Of a DNA stretch of 25,023 nucleotides, positions 15,228 through 24,257 are shown in pieces. Positions within the stretch are counted from its first letter, which is position 1. Each line of letters opens with the position of its first letter. The DNA comes from Fibrobacteria bacterium. GTDB lineage: Bacteria > Fibrobacterota > Fibrobacteria > UBA11236. Position numbers and translations under genes: made by a program. Below the pieces are notes generated by a model that saw only the letters and a list, made by a program, of their open reading frames with translations, did not search any database and had not been told where the DNA came from. The stretch covers positions 1-25,023 of the forward strand of contig JAYTHY010000101.1 of the NCBI GenBank assembly GCA_043732185.1, given 5' to 3'.

Positions 15228-15287
15228 TAAGTGGTACCACTTTATACCTAAAATATAAGTTTAACATATCACTTATTTGAGGAGATT

Positions 15288-16316
15288 TCACTTAACCGTG
15301 AATTTTTGCGCAATCGGTTTGTTGTCTGACTGCAGCCGGATGAAATAAGTTCCAGGGCCAATTCCATTTTTGGACAGCGTGTAACGGCCCTCGTTTGACA
15401 AACCGTTGCGAATCAGATTGCCTTGGGAATTGAATATTTGCACGGGGTTTTGTGAGGCAGCATTCCACTGAAACTGAATATTATTCCCATCATAGGAAAT
15501 AAAGGACTTGGCTGGGGTGGCCCTTTTTTCAATCGCAACGGGTTGGTTAATGACCAGGTTATCCCATGCCCCAAAATTAACATCTACGCTAAAGTCCAGA
15601 GTAGAGTCGTTGACACCGCCAATTTTGGTATGCGCACGAGCATAATAGTAATTGGCGAAGTTCGTGTTACCGGGCTTATACGGCCCAACCACTACCTTGA
15701 AGTCGACTTCAACTCCAATGGCAAAACCCGCAAAGCTGCCAACAATGGTATCTGGAGACGCCCCAGCTGGAAAAGCAATGGTATCCACATAGGCTTTTTC
15801 GAGGAGGAACCAAGTCTGATAAATTTGGTTTGAAAAACCTTGCCATACAATGTTTGAGTCCTTCCCATTGTTAAAAACCGTATCACGGAAATTGTTAATC
15901 GCGCGTAAATACATTGTATCAGGAGGCTTAACTCTTGAAACGGCCATGGTGTCCAATCGGGGGGCGCCTCTATCTATTCTCTTATTCGAGTCTAGATCAT
16001 TCCATGTCAGAATCTCATTATGAAACTGGATAAACCGGTAACCATGAATCCTGGCACTGTTCGGGACCACTCTATTCCCGTGTTTGTTTCCCGCCCAAAA
16101 ATCAAGGTTTGTGACCTTGAGTTCCGTTTTCAGTTTTCTTGTTTGCGTATCCAACGGGCCAAATACAATAGCGCGATGCAATATTTTGAACGGTATGGTA
16201 TCTCCAGGATGCATTGCGTGTGTAGGATTTACCACCACATAGGTTTGATTTCGAATACAATTCACTAGCAGGAACGCTGCGCAAGCCACTACGGCAATTT
16301 TAATTGAGTGCTTCAT
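15288..16316 (-). CDS. Secreted protein with a T9SS type-A-like C-terminal sorting domain
   Basis: Signal MKHSIKIAVVACAAFLLVNC (possible lipobox). Tail VQIFNSQGNLIR...GPGTYFIRLQSDNKPIAQKFTVK. Confidence 0.75.
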   Translation of the reverse strand: MKHSIKIAVVACAAFLLVNCIRNQTYVVVNPTHAMHPGDTIPFKILHRAIVFGPLDTQTRKLKTELKVTNLDFWAGNKHGNRVVPNSARIHGYRFIQFHNEILTWNDLDSNKRIDRGAPRLDTMAVSRVKPPDTMYLRAINNFRDTVFNNGKDSNIVWQGFSNQIYQTWFLLEKAYVDTIAFPAGASPDTIVGSFAGFAIGVEVDFKVVVGPYKPGNTNFANYYYARAHTKIGGVNDSTLDFSVDVNFGAWDNLVINQPVAIEKRATPAKSFISYDGNNIQFQWNAASQNPVQIFNSQGNLIRNGLSNEGRYTLSKNGIGPGTYFIRLQSDNKPIAQKFTVK

Positions 16317-16363
16317 ATTTTTCCCCTGGATATGGCTACGGATTACTGGGAAAAAGGTAATAA

Positions 16364-16628
16364 TTAAAACGTCCAGTCCTCCCAGACCAAACCATGGACG
16401 CGTTTGAATTCTTTTACTTTATACGTCACGAGAAATGCTCCGCGAGCCAAGGCTTTCAGCGTCCTTTCCTTGTTTTGGCTCTTGTTTGCTCCAAAATAAA
16501 GTTCGGCTTTGACGATTGCTGGAATTGCGACCGATCCCGGCGTGTGGGATTCAAGCCAGCCGGGTTTTCAGCTTGGGAAACGTTCCTTTCAAATGGTAGA
16601 TGCAAATGCTCGTATCCAGCAGGTGCAT
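16364..16628 (-). pseudogene. vapC: VapC (PIN-domain) toxin pseudogene
   Basis: Not in the ORF track. ATG 16628 gives MHLLDTSICIYHLKGTFPKLKTRLA* (TGA 16551-16553). After a frameshift it reads VAIPAIVKAELYFGANKSQNKERTLKALARGAFLVTYKVKEFKRVHGLVWEDWTF*. The central part with the conserved DxxIAA motif is missing. Confidence 0.88.
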
Positions 16629-16637
16629 TTAAAGTGC

Positions 16638-16859
16638 CTACCGAGGCGCGTCTTGCGAGAAATCCAATGGGGTTAAATTAGGCAAGTCCTGTCCCGAGAG
16701 GCACCCGTACAGGCTGGAATGAATCTCCGGCCAAAGGTCTTCCAGAGATTGCATCAATCTCGCCTTTACCCATTTGGATAGGGAGCTTTTTTCCATAGCC
16801 GCTGCGGCTTCAATTTTCCGAAGACTTTCATCGTCGAGATATATCGTCAATTGGGACAT
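16638..16859 (-). CDS. CopG/ribbon-helix-helix antitoxin (VapB-type), slightly truncated
   Basis: MSQLTIYLDDE...AAAMEKSSLSKWV...WP. GGAGG RBS. It ends at TAG three codons before a TAA that abuts the vapC ATG. Confidence 0.8.
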   Translation of the reverse strand: MSQLTIYLDDESLRKIEAAAAMEKSSLSKWVKARLMQSLEDLWPEIHSSLYGCLSGQDLPNLTPLDFSQDAPR

Positions 16860-16884
16860 GGCCCCCTCCCTGTCAAATCCACTT

Positions 16885-16898
16885 ATACTTTAAAGTAT
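16885..16898. promoter_or_regulatory. Perfect 14-bp palindrome upstream of the antitoxin gene (candidate TA operator)
   Basis: ATACTTTAAAGTAT, 25 bp upstream of the antitoxin start. Confidence 0.55.
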
Positions 16899-16995
16899 GC
16901 TTGCAATAATTAAGCGAATCAAGCAAGAATTAAGCAAAAATCGAGCTAATTGGGGAAATGGGGACGGCATCAAAAGGCCAGGGCCAACAGTTCAA

Positions 16996-18924
16996 TTAGT
17001 GCTGGGGCTGGTGAGCACGTAATTTACGATCCACGTCTAAATTCTGAGCCAATTGGATTTTTCCAGAAGCGATGATTTGAAAATAAAGCCCTCGCGGATT
17101 GAGTCCGTTTTTATCAAGGAAATATTCTCCCGGCTTCAAATTTTCTGAAACTTCCAGAATTACTCTTCCTTCCGCGTCTAGTATTCGAACTTGTACAAAA
17201 CCATTTACGGGCACCAATAAAACCAGATGAATGCCGTCATTAGCTGTTGCCAATTGTTTTAATCCCCATTTGGTTGGGGCGCTGGAATTCCTATTGCGAA
17301 TGGATGTGGTTGAGCCGGTTTGGAAACTCCATACATCAGAATACATTTTAAATCCCCAAGAATTTTTAGCCATGACACGCCAACTGTATCGGGTATCTTT
17401 AAGCAGTATGCCGACAGATTTTGAAGTTCCAGTTAATGTTGAATCGTCAAAAATAGGATTGTCAAATGTAGCCAATCCAATTGGTGGACTTGTTACAATC
17501 TGTAGACGATAGGAAACCGCTCCGATTGTGGGATTCCAGATATTTGGAATATTTGTAGGCTGAAAAATAGATGCGTTAAGAGGTGAGGCTAAAGTGGGCA
17601 ATGCAATCAAAGGCAGTTGCCAAATATCAACTGAATCCACAGCCGCAACAATATTATTTGAATACATTCCAATGGCCTGTATCGAGGCTGGTGGTGGCAA
17701 ATCTAAAGAAAGTGGGCTCCAACTGGCACCATTATTAGTCGAAAGCAATAGGGAACTATTGGAGAGTTTAAATTTATTTATGGCAAGACTCAAGGTGCTA
17801 TCAGTCGGAATGCCATAATTGAATGCCCGGTAGTAATTCCATCTATTTCCGTTATTTCTTTTTACAAAATAAACACCACCGCCAATACCAACAAAGGTAT
17901 TAACGTCATCGGCCGCAATCGTTAGAATAGGAGTTTTTGGTAACCCAGTGGATAGATAATCCCAAGTTAGTCCGTCGTTATTTGATCGATACAAACCGCT
18001 TTCGCTTGAGCCAGAGAAGAGGTAGCTGCCACTTATGGTCAGCGTTTTGATACTTGCAGTAACGGACAAGGAATCGCTTATCGAGACCCAATTTTGACCA
18101 TTATCTTTCGAGCGGAATACGCCTTTATTTGTACCTGCATATAAATGCAGCCCATTTGCTAAAAGTATGTGAACAGTCGTATCCGTTAATCCTGTATTGG
18201 CTGCAGTCCATGTTACACCACTATCTGAGGATTGGTAAATTCCACTTTCAAGAGTCGCAGCAAAAAGGTTCGTTCCTATTCTGACCATTGATTGAACATT
18301 TTTTTTGAGGGGTAGCCCTCCATTCCGAGATCTCCAATTCATTCCACTGTCGATGGAAACCATAATACCATTTGGTGTCCCAATATAAACCGAAGATCCA
18401 TATCCTAAAATCGTATTTCGCGTGCTTATTATCCCTAGCCCACTTAATGTTGTCCAGGTTGTCCCGCTGTCCAGAGACCTTCTTACTGCATCGACGTAAA
18501 GAATTGATCCGCTGGCTTCAATAGTAGGGCTACTTCCAGAAATCGGCATCTGCGTCCAAGTTAAGCCACCATCAATGGAGCGAAACTGAAAGTTTTCAGA
18601 ATTAGCAGCAAAAATGTAAGTTCCCAAAACGGTAAATCCCGCCATAGTGCCAATAAACCCTGTATTTGCTAATTCCCAAGTTGTGCCATTATTTAAGGAT
18701 CGATAGATCCCTCCTTTAGTTCCTGCAAAAATAATCCCTCCATTTGATGCAACATAAATATTTCCGCGATGTGGACCATGCGTATTTATCCATTGGCCGT
18801 GACATTCGGAACCAAGTAAAAACAAAAATATTATAGTTAATGAAAATCTAAGTTTTGAATAAAAACTGCTCCGTGAAGGGAAGTCCGTAAATAGTGGTTC
18901 GAAAATGAAGGGAAGTAGTCGCAT
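16996..18924 (-). CDS. Secreted BNR/Asp-box beta-propeller protein with an FN3-like domain and T9SS-like tail
   Basis: Repeated SxDxGxTW boxes (SLNNGTTW, SIDGGLTW, SLDSGTTW, SSDSGVTW, SKDNGQNW, SNNDGLTW). PTLASP...SYRLQI...YSWRVMAKN is FN3-like. Tail VRILDAEGR...PGEY. Confidence 0.85.
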   Translation of the reverse strand: MRLLPFIFEPLFTDFPSRSSFYSKLRFSLTIIFLFLLGSECHGQWINTHGPHRGNIYVASNGGIIFAGTKGGIYRSLNNGTTWELANTGFIGTMAGFTVLGTYIFAANSENFQFRSIDGGLTWTQMPISGSSPTIEASGSILYVDAVRRSLDSGTTWTTLSGLGIISTRNTILGYGSSVYIGTPNGIMVSIDSGMNWRSRNGGLPLKKNVQSMVRIGTNLFAATLESGIYQSSDSGVTWTAANTGLTDTTVHILLANGLHLYAGTNKGVFRSKDNGQNWVSISDSLSVTASIKTLTISGSYLFSGSSESGLYRSNNDGLTWDYLSTGLPKTPILTIAADDVNTFVGIGGGVYFVKRNNGNRWNYYRAFNYGIPTDSTLSLAINKFKLSNSSLLLSTNNGASWSPLSLDLPPPASIQAIGMYSNNIVAAVDSVDIWQLPLIALPTLASPLNASIFQPTNIPNIWNPTIGAVSYRLQIVTSPPIGLATFDNPIFDDSTLTGTSKSVGILLKDTRYSWRVMAKNSWGFKMYSDVWSFQTGSTTSIRNRNSSAPTKWGLKQLATANDGIHLVLLVPVNGFVQVRILDAEGRVILEVSENLKPGEYFLDKNGLNPRGLYFQIIASGKIQLAQNLDVDRKLRAHQPQH

Positions 18925-19139
18925 AATGTGATCCTGCTTACGCTAGGGTTTTGGCTAAAAATTCAGGCAAAGATCTAATAATACTTTTGTCAAAAAAACC
19001 CTTAATTTTTCCATTCAAAGCCTAGCGTAGAAGTATTTCACAACTCACGGCTAACTGTGGTCCATCTGCTCCTTCGCGGCAATATTTGCCTAGGTGATTT
19101 AGAGTGAAGAGGTCGGTGCAAATGATACGAAGATCTTTT

Positions 19140-19439
19140 TCATTCCGAATCCTGAAAGGTTCCTTCCATGCATTCGCAATGGAATAGGATTTTGCCTTTA
19201 AGATTTCGAATACGCATTACCTTAAAGCTTCCCTTATCTTCCAGTAAAAGTGCCGTAAGCCCTCTGCCTACTGAACCGCACTCCTTGAAACCAATGATGC
19301 CGCTGAAAACGAGGAGAGATATCAATCTTTGCTTATTTTGCAGCGCAACTCTCAACTCGTTTTCTTTTAATTCGATGGAAATTATTTTCAAGCCTTTTAG
19401 TTTGAGGTTTGCACTGAGAAATTGAGTTGTTTTTTTCAT
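19140..19439 (-). CDS. Small basic hypothetical protein
   Basis: 99-aa ATG ORF with plausible composition in an otherwise empty interval. No motif recognised. Confidence 0.55.
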   Translation of the reverse strand: MKKTTQFLSANLKLKGLKIISIELKENELRVALQNKQRLISLLVFSGIIGFKECGSVGRGLTALLLEDKGSFKVMRIRNLKGKILFHCECMEGTFQDSE

Positions 19440-19538
19440 GTGGCAGCCTTAAAAGAGTACTCGAAAATCCATGTGACCGTCAATATTTCCCTCAAACCAA
19501 GGATTGGAAAGGACCTTGAATTTACCTACTCTCATAAT

Positions 19539-20759
19539 GTGACAAAAGTAACCATTTTTTGGAATCGGCTAACAGTTTTCATGCTAGGCTTGGTTTTCGG
19601 CATAAGCGTGGCTGCCCCTGCTCCGATTGCCTTGGACAGTCACAAGCCTTTGTTAGCAATCTTGGATCCCGTCAACCTGAACAACCAGGGTATTGATACG
19701 GTGTGGGGCGAACGGCTTCACAGTTATTTTCAAAACAATCGACTTTGGACTCTTATTCCGCGCGATAGCATGTTATCCAAGTTTAGGGATTTTAAAGTCG
19801 ATGCCAAATCACCTTGCCATGAATTTCAATGCGCATTTGACAATGGCAATATTCTAGGCGCCGAATACATTTTATTCGGGTCCGTCACCAACTACGGAGA
19901 CTTATTTGCCTATACCTTCAATTTGGTGCATGTGCCTACCTCCCAGGTGGTTTGGTCCCAAGTTGGCGATGTCCCTAAAAAACAAAAAGGCCAACCGGAA
20001 TTGGGCTTGGAAGCTACTCTGGCGCAAATGGCCGCTTATCTAGTACCTGGCCAGGCGCAAACGGATCGACGGGATAAGCATGGACAACTCACGGTACTTG
20101 ATTTGAGTCAGGAAGGTTCGCCCGCTTCCCGCATCATGTCGGAGCGGGTCGCCACGCATCTCTATGCTTCCCGCAGCTTTGATATTATGGGCAGCAAGGA
20201 GATGGAAGAATTGCTGTCGGCACTAGGCGTGAACAAACATGAATTTCAACCCAATGATTCGAGCATATTTTCTTTGGGCGGAAAAATGGACGTCACCCAT
20301 CTGGTTTATTCAAAACTGCAGGAAAGTAGAACAGGCAACTATCAATTGCAGTTGGCGCTTTATGATGTGGCTGCCAAGAAAAAGATTCGGGAATGGCCTG
20401 CCAAGTCCACGGAGGATTTTCATAAACTCATGGAATATGAAAACAGGTTTTTCACCAGCCTATTCAAGCTGCCGGGCAATGCTTTTGAACCGGCATCCGG
20501 TTCAATAGGCGCAAAGAAATGGACCTTGGCGGGGGCCGGTGTGAGCGTGGTACTGAGCGCAACCTTAGGGTATCTGGCATATGCTGCAACTTTGGAAGCG
20601 GATCGGAATTACAAGCGATTCCAGGATGCGCGTTCGCTTGAGTCAGCGAAAAAGTTCCACTCGGTGGTATTGGCCAAGGAGCGCGGGTCCGTGATATTCG
20701 GGGTCCTGAGCGGATTGTGCTTGGTTGGGGCAGGTACGTTTTTGGTGTATTCATTCTGA
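19539..20759 (+). CDS. Exported protein with two CsgG/DUF2380-like alpha/beta domains and C-terminal hydrophobic helices
   Basis: The ORF track start 19422 overlaps the divergent gene, so GTG 19539 or ATG 19581 is more likely. CHEFQCAFDNGNILGAEYILFGSV...LVHVPTSQV plus a second degenerate copy (LGGKMDVTHLVYSKL...LYDVAAKK). Two C-terminal hydrophobic segments. Confidence 0.65.
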   Translation: MTKVTIFWNRLTVFMLGLVFGISVAAPAPIALDSHKPLLAILDPVNLNNQGIDTVWGERLHSYFQNNRLWTLIPRDSMLSKFRDFKVDAKSPCHEFQCAFDNGNILGAEYILFGSVTNYGDLFAYTFNLVHVPTSQVVWSQVGDVPKKQKGQPELGLEATLAQMAAYLVPGQAQTDRRDKHGQLTVLDLSQEGSPASRIMSERVATHLYASRSFDIMGSKEMEELLSALGVNKHEFQPNDSSIFSLGGKMDVTHLVYSKLQESRTGNYQLQLALYDVAAKKKIREWPAKSTEDFHKLMEYENRFFTSLFKLPGNAFEPASGSIGAKKWTLAGAGVSVVLSATLGYLAYAATLEADRNYKRFQDARSLESAKKFHSVVLAKERGSVIFGVLSGLCLVGAGTFLVYSF

Positions 20760-23700
20760 TGCTGGGGGCGAGGATGGACTGGATGGGCAACGGCAGGCTG
20801 AATCGCTTAAGGCCCTTTCATGCCCTGCTGCTGGTATTGATCCTCGGCTTTTGCCTCTCTTGTCATCGGGACTTTGAAAGCCCGTACTTTCCAGGCAGCC
20901 AATCCTTTGTGGGAGATGCATGGGCACGTGACAACGATCACGACGGAGTGGCCGACAGTGTCAACAAATATTCCCCGAACTGTATTTTATCGGCTAAACA
21001 ATGTTTCGATCAGGCTTTGGCTCTGAGTAAACTTATCGGACCTACCAATTCCCTCTCGGCCAAGGATATGATTCTCTGGCTGGGTGACGCGCCTGTTTCG
21101 CCTAGACTCACTTGGATGCCGCCAGAGGCGGAAAACATGGGATACAGCCTGACCAGTTCGGATTCCACCAAAGTCAGGTCACATAATGGAAATCTTGAGG
21201 CTATCGCCGTCGGGAGCGCGTTGATCTGGGTTAAGGGAAACGGAAATGAATTGATGTCGGCGTCTTTTATCGCTACGGTGCTGGCTGATGGAAAAAGGGT
21301 AGTTTCCATTTCCGCCCAAAACCTGACATTAGAGGTAGGCCAGGATCTGGCCCCGGCGTTGACCTGGACGCCCATTGACGCAACCAGCAAAGAGTATACA
21401 CTGCTGAGCGATAAGCCCGCAGTGGCCCGAATCGTGGGACAGAGAATTCTTGGAGTCGCCCCAGGCACGGCTATGGTGACTTTGGAAACTTCCGATGGCA
21501 ATCATAGAACTACATTAGTCGTCACAGTCTTTAAATTGGATATTCCGGTGCAATCGGTGACTGCGGCTTCGGTCATTTCCATGACACTTGGGCAAGCCAA
21601 TCTCATTCCCATCCTGAGCTTTAAACCTGCAAATGCCACGGATACCAACTTTACCCTGACAAGCAAAGATGTTTCAGTGGCCACGATAATATCTGGTAAT
21701 ACAATGGTTGCGATGGGAATTGGTAGAACGGAAATCACCGTACACGTAGGCGCTACCGTAACCACCGTGTTTACACTGGCGGTAATAGCCAAGGGCGATA
21801 CTCTGAGTGTGGGCAGTGACCTCTCCGGGCTTTCTGTTTCCGCCGGTGCTTTGGACACGGCATTTTCCAAAAACGATACGGAATACGTTGTCTCTGTTCC
21901 AAATGAAAAGCTGTCGACCACGGTAACGGTATTGTGCTTGAATACCAAAACCACTATCAGCTTAAATGCATTGAATTTATTTTCCAATGTGGCTTCCGGG
22001 GTCATAACATTGAAGGTCGGTGAGACCCTGATTCCCATTGTAGTAGTTGCAGAAAACGGCGTTAAAAAAACCTATAGGATTCTTGTGCGTCGCTCCGTTT
22101 CTGCCAATGCCAATCTGAGTAATTTGGTGGCCTCCGCTGGGATTTTTACCAAGACCTTTTTTGCCGATAGTTTAAACTATGAGCTTTCTGTTGCCAATAA
22201 CGTCACCTTCACTACAATCACTCCAACTTTATCTGATTCCCAAAGGGCCACAGTTAAGGTCAAGGATTCTGCTACGGTTTCGGGAAAAGCTTCGCAGGTA
22301 CTTTTATTGGCAAATGGAATAAACATCGTCCCCGTTGTTGTTACAGCGGAAAACGGGGATAAAAAAACCTATACCGTAATCGTCACCCGCGCAGCCCCGG
22401 GAACCGTCTCCGCAAATTTGTCGGCCTTGACGCTTTCAGCTGGAAGTCTCAGTCCTGCCTTCAGTTCTTCAACCTTGAACTATACCATGACCGTTGCTTA
22501 TGCGATTAATGCCACGACAGTAGTGGCCACAGCCTTGACGCCGACTACGGCCAGCATAACAGTCAATGGAATTGCGGTCCATTCTGGTTCAGCTTCAAAT
22601 TCAATCGCCTTGAACTTGGGCTCGAACTCCATTTCCATCGTGGTTTTGTCCGACAGCGGGATTAGTGGTTTTACCAAGGCATATCAGGTTACCGTGATCC
22701 GGTCAGCGTCGGTTGGCTCAACGGATTTGTCTGGGTTGGTACTTTCGGCGGGAGCGATTAGCCCCGCATTCAGTGCCGGGACTTTGGAATATACCTTGAC
22801 CGTTCCAAATGGGGTGACTAGTACGACTGTCACGCCAACGGCCTTGACGGCAGCGACATCTAGTATAACTGTGAGTGGAACAGCGGTGGTTTCTGGTGTG
22901 GCTTCGGGCCCGGTGGCGCTGGCTGTGGGGTTTGATACGGTTTCTGTGCTGGTAACCGCTGAAACTGAAATAACCAAAAATTATTCTGTTGTGGTGAAAC
23001 GCCTAAGTGGCCGGGTAGTTTCGAAGGTGTCTGCAGGTAGCAACCATACGCTTTTCTTATTTACAGATGGGACTCTCTGGGCCGCTGGGTTCAATGGGGA
23101 TCAAAATATGCCTGATGGGATGTTGGGTACAGGAGATTCCATAAGACATGTAATTCCTATTCAAATCATGAAAGATGTTTCAAATATGTCAGCAGGAAAT
23201 ATGCACAGCTTAATTTTGAAAAAAGATGGAACCCTCTGGGCAACTGGACGCAATGACGTTGGCGCATTGGGAGACGGTACCACCATTAATCGATACACTC
23301 CTGTTCAGATAATGTCCAATGTGTCGAACATGGTTGCCGGTTCCGAAATTACCCTAATCTTAAAGACTGACGCTACCCTCTGGGCAACGGGCAGAAATGT
23401 GGAAGGTGCATTGGGGAACGGGACTCCCATTACCCCATTAACTCCCTTTCAAATGATGTCAGATGTTGCAAACATGGCCGCTGGTTTGCGCCATACTTTG
23501 ATCTTGAAGAAAGATGGGACACTTTGGGGAACGGGTAGAAACAGCGAAGGTCAATTAGGTGACGGAACTACAACAAGCAGGTCAACACCCTTTCAGATGA
23601 TGGCCGACGTCGCAAATATGGCAGCAGGAAGCGGGTATAGTTTGGTTTTAAAAAATGATGGGACTCTCTGGGCCACGGGAGGAGATTTGGGAGATGGAAC

Positions 23701-24031
23701 TACCGCTAACCATTTAACGCCCTACCAAATGATGACCGGGGTTTCAAATATGGCTGCTGGGACTAATTATACCCTAATTTTAAAGACAGATGGTTCCCTA
23801 TGGGGAACTGGATATAATCGATGGGGTTCATTGGGAGACGGAACCACCACTAACCGTTTAACTCCCTTTCAAATGATGACTGGGGTGGCAAATATGGCGG
23901 CTGGCGGTTCTACATTTATATTTAAGACAGATGGAACCTTGTGGGCAACTGGACAAAATTGGGCTGGGCAATTAGGAGATGGCAACACCAATTTCTTAGG
24001 CCAATTAACACCCGTGCAGATCTCCTTCTAA
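20759..24031 (+). CDS. Large surface lipoprotein: Ig-like (Big_2-type) domains, four cadherin-like beta-sandwich domains, C-terminal 7-bladed RCC1/BLIP-II propeller
   Basis: The ORF track starts at 20717. ATG 20759 overlaps the upstream TGA (20774 and 20783 are alternatives). Lipobox-like CLSC. P.DAT/P.NAT Ig motifs. Four (D/N)LSxLxxSAG...F...Y...V...T...YxVxVxR units. Seven AGxxx..LK.DGTLW.TG units. Confidence 0.88.
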   Translation: MLGARMDWMGNGRLNRLRPFHALLLVLILGFCLSCHRDFESPYFPGSQSFVGDAWARDNDHDGVADSVNKYSPNCILSAKQCFDQALALSKLIGPTNSLSAKDMILWLGDAPVSPRLTWMPPEAENMGYSLTSSDSTKVRSHNGNLEAIAVGSALIWVKGNGNELMSASFIATVLADGKRVVSISAQNLTLEVGQDLAPALTWTPIDATSKEYTLLSDKPAVARIVGQRILGVAPGTAMVTLETSDGNHRTTLVVTVFKLDIPVQSVTAASVISMTLGQANLIPILSFKPANATDTNFTLTSKDVSVATIISGNTMVAMGIGRTEITVHVGATVTTVFTLAVIAKGDTLSVGSDLSGLSVSAGALDTAFSKNDTEYVVSVPNEKLSTTVTVLCLNTKTTISLNALNLFSNVASGVITLKVGETLIPIVVVAENGVKKTYRILVRRSVSANANLSNLVASAGIFTKTFFADSLNYELSVANNVTFTTITPTLSDSQRATVKVKDSATVSGKASQVLLLANGINIVPVVVTAENGDKKTYTVIVTRAAPGTVSANLSALTLSAGSLSPAFSSSTLNYTMTVAYAINATTVVATALTPTTASITVNGIAVHSGSASNSIALNLGSNSISIVVLSDSGISGFTKAYQVTVIRSASVGSTDLSGLVLSAGAISPAFSAGTLEYTLTVPNGVTSTTVTPTALTAATSSITVSGTAVVSGVASGPVALAVGFDTVSVLVTAETEITKNYSVVVKRLSGRVVSKVSAGSNHTLFLFTDGTLWAAGFNGDQNMPDGMLGTGDSIRHVIPIQIMKDVSNMSAGNMHSLILKKDGTLWATGRNDVGALGDGTTINRYTPVQIMSNVSNMVAGSEITLILKTDATLWATGRNVEGALGNGTPITPLTPFQMMSDVANMAAGLRHTLILKKDGTLWGTGRNSEGQLGDGTTTSRSTPFQMMADVANMAAGSGYSLVLKNDGTLWATGGDLGDGTTANHLTPYQMMTGVSNMAAGTNYTLILKTDGSLWGTGYNRWGSLGDGTTTNRLTPFQMMTGVANMAAGGSTFIFKTDGTLWATGQNWAGQLGDGNTNFLGQLTPVQISF
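23020..24028 (+). repeat. Seven intragenic RCC1-like repeats, mostly with a 144-nt period
   Basis: TLW/SLW codons start near 23072, 23231, 23375, 23519, 23663, 23795 and 23936 (spacings 159, 144, 144, 144, 132, 141). Confidence 0.85.
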
Positions 24032-24257
24032 CGCCCCAGATTATAGGTGTCAGGCACGACCTGCACTGTAATCCCGCAACCTACTTTGTCCTTTCCCATT
24101 CATCCAGCAACAAATTTACCCGCGAATCAATAACCAATAACTGCATTACGTGAAGGTGCCGAAGTCCCCTTGCATGCAAGGCGGAGTATTTGCAAAGGCC
24201 CCGCACCATCGGATAAAACGCAGATGTCACATCCATGGCATTTGACCGGGTACTTGC

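Noticed and set aside
19040..19100. Possible integron attC site (GGCTAAC...)
   Set aside because: No complementary GTTRRRY end or L-box pairing was found, and the integrase lacks IntI features.
21010..22977. Long antisense ORFs within the surface lipoprotein gene
   Set aside because: Mirror frames of Thr/Val/Ser-rich coding sequence with no independent motifs.
23020..24031. RCC1 repeats as a diversity-generating retroelement TR/VR pair
   Set aside because: No reverse transcriptase in the window, all copies are in-frame coding blades, and differences are not confined to adenines.
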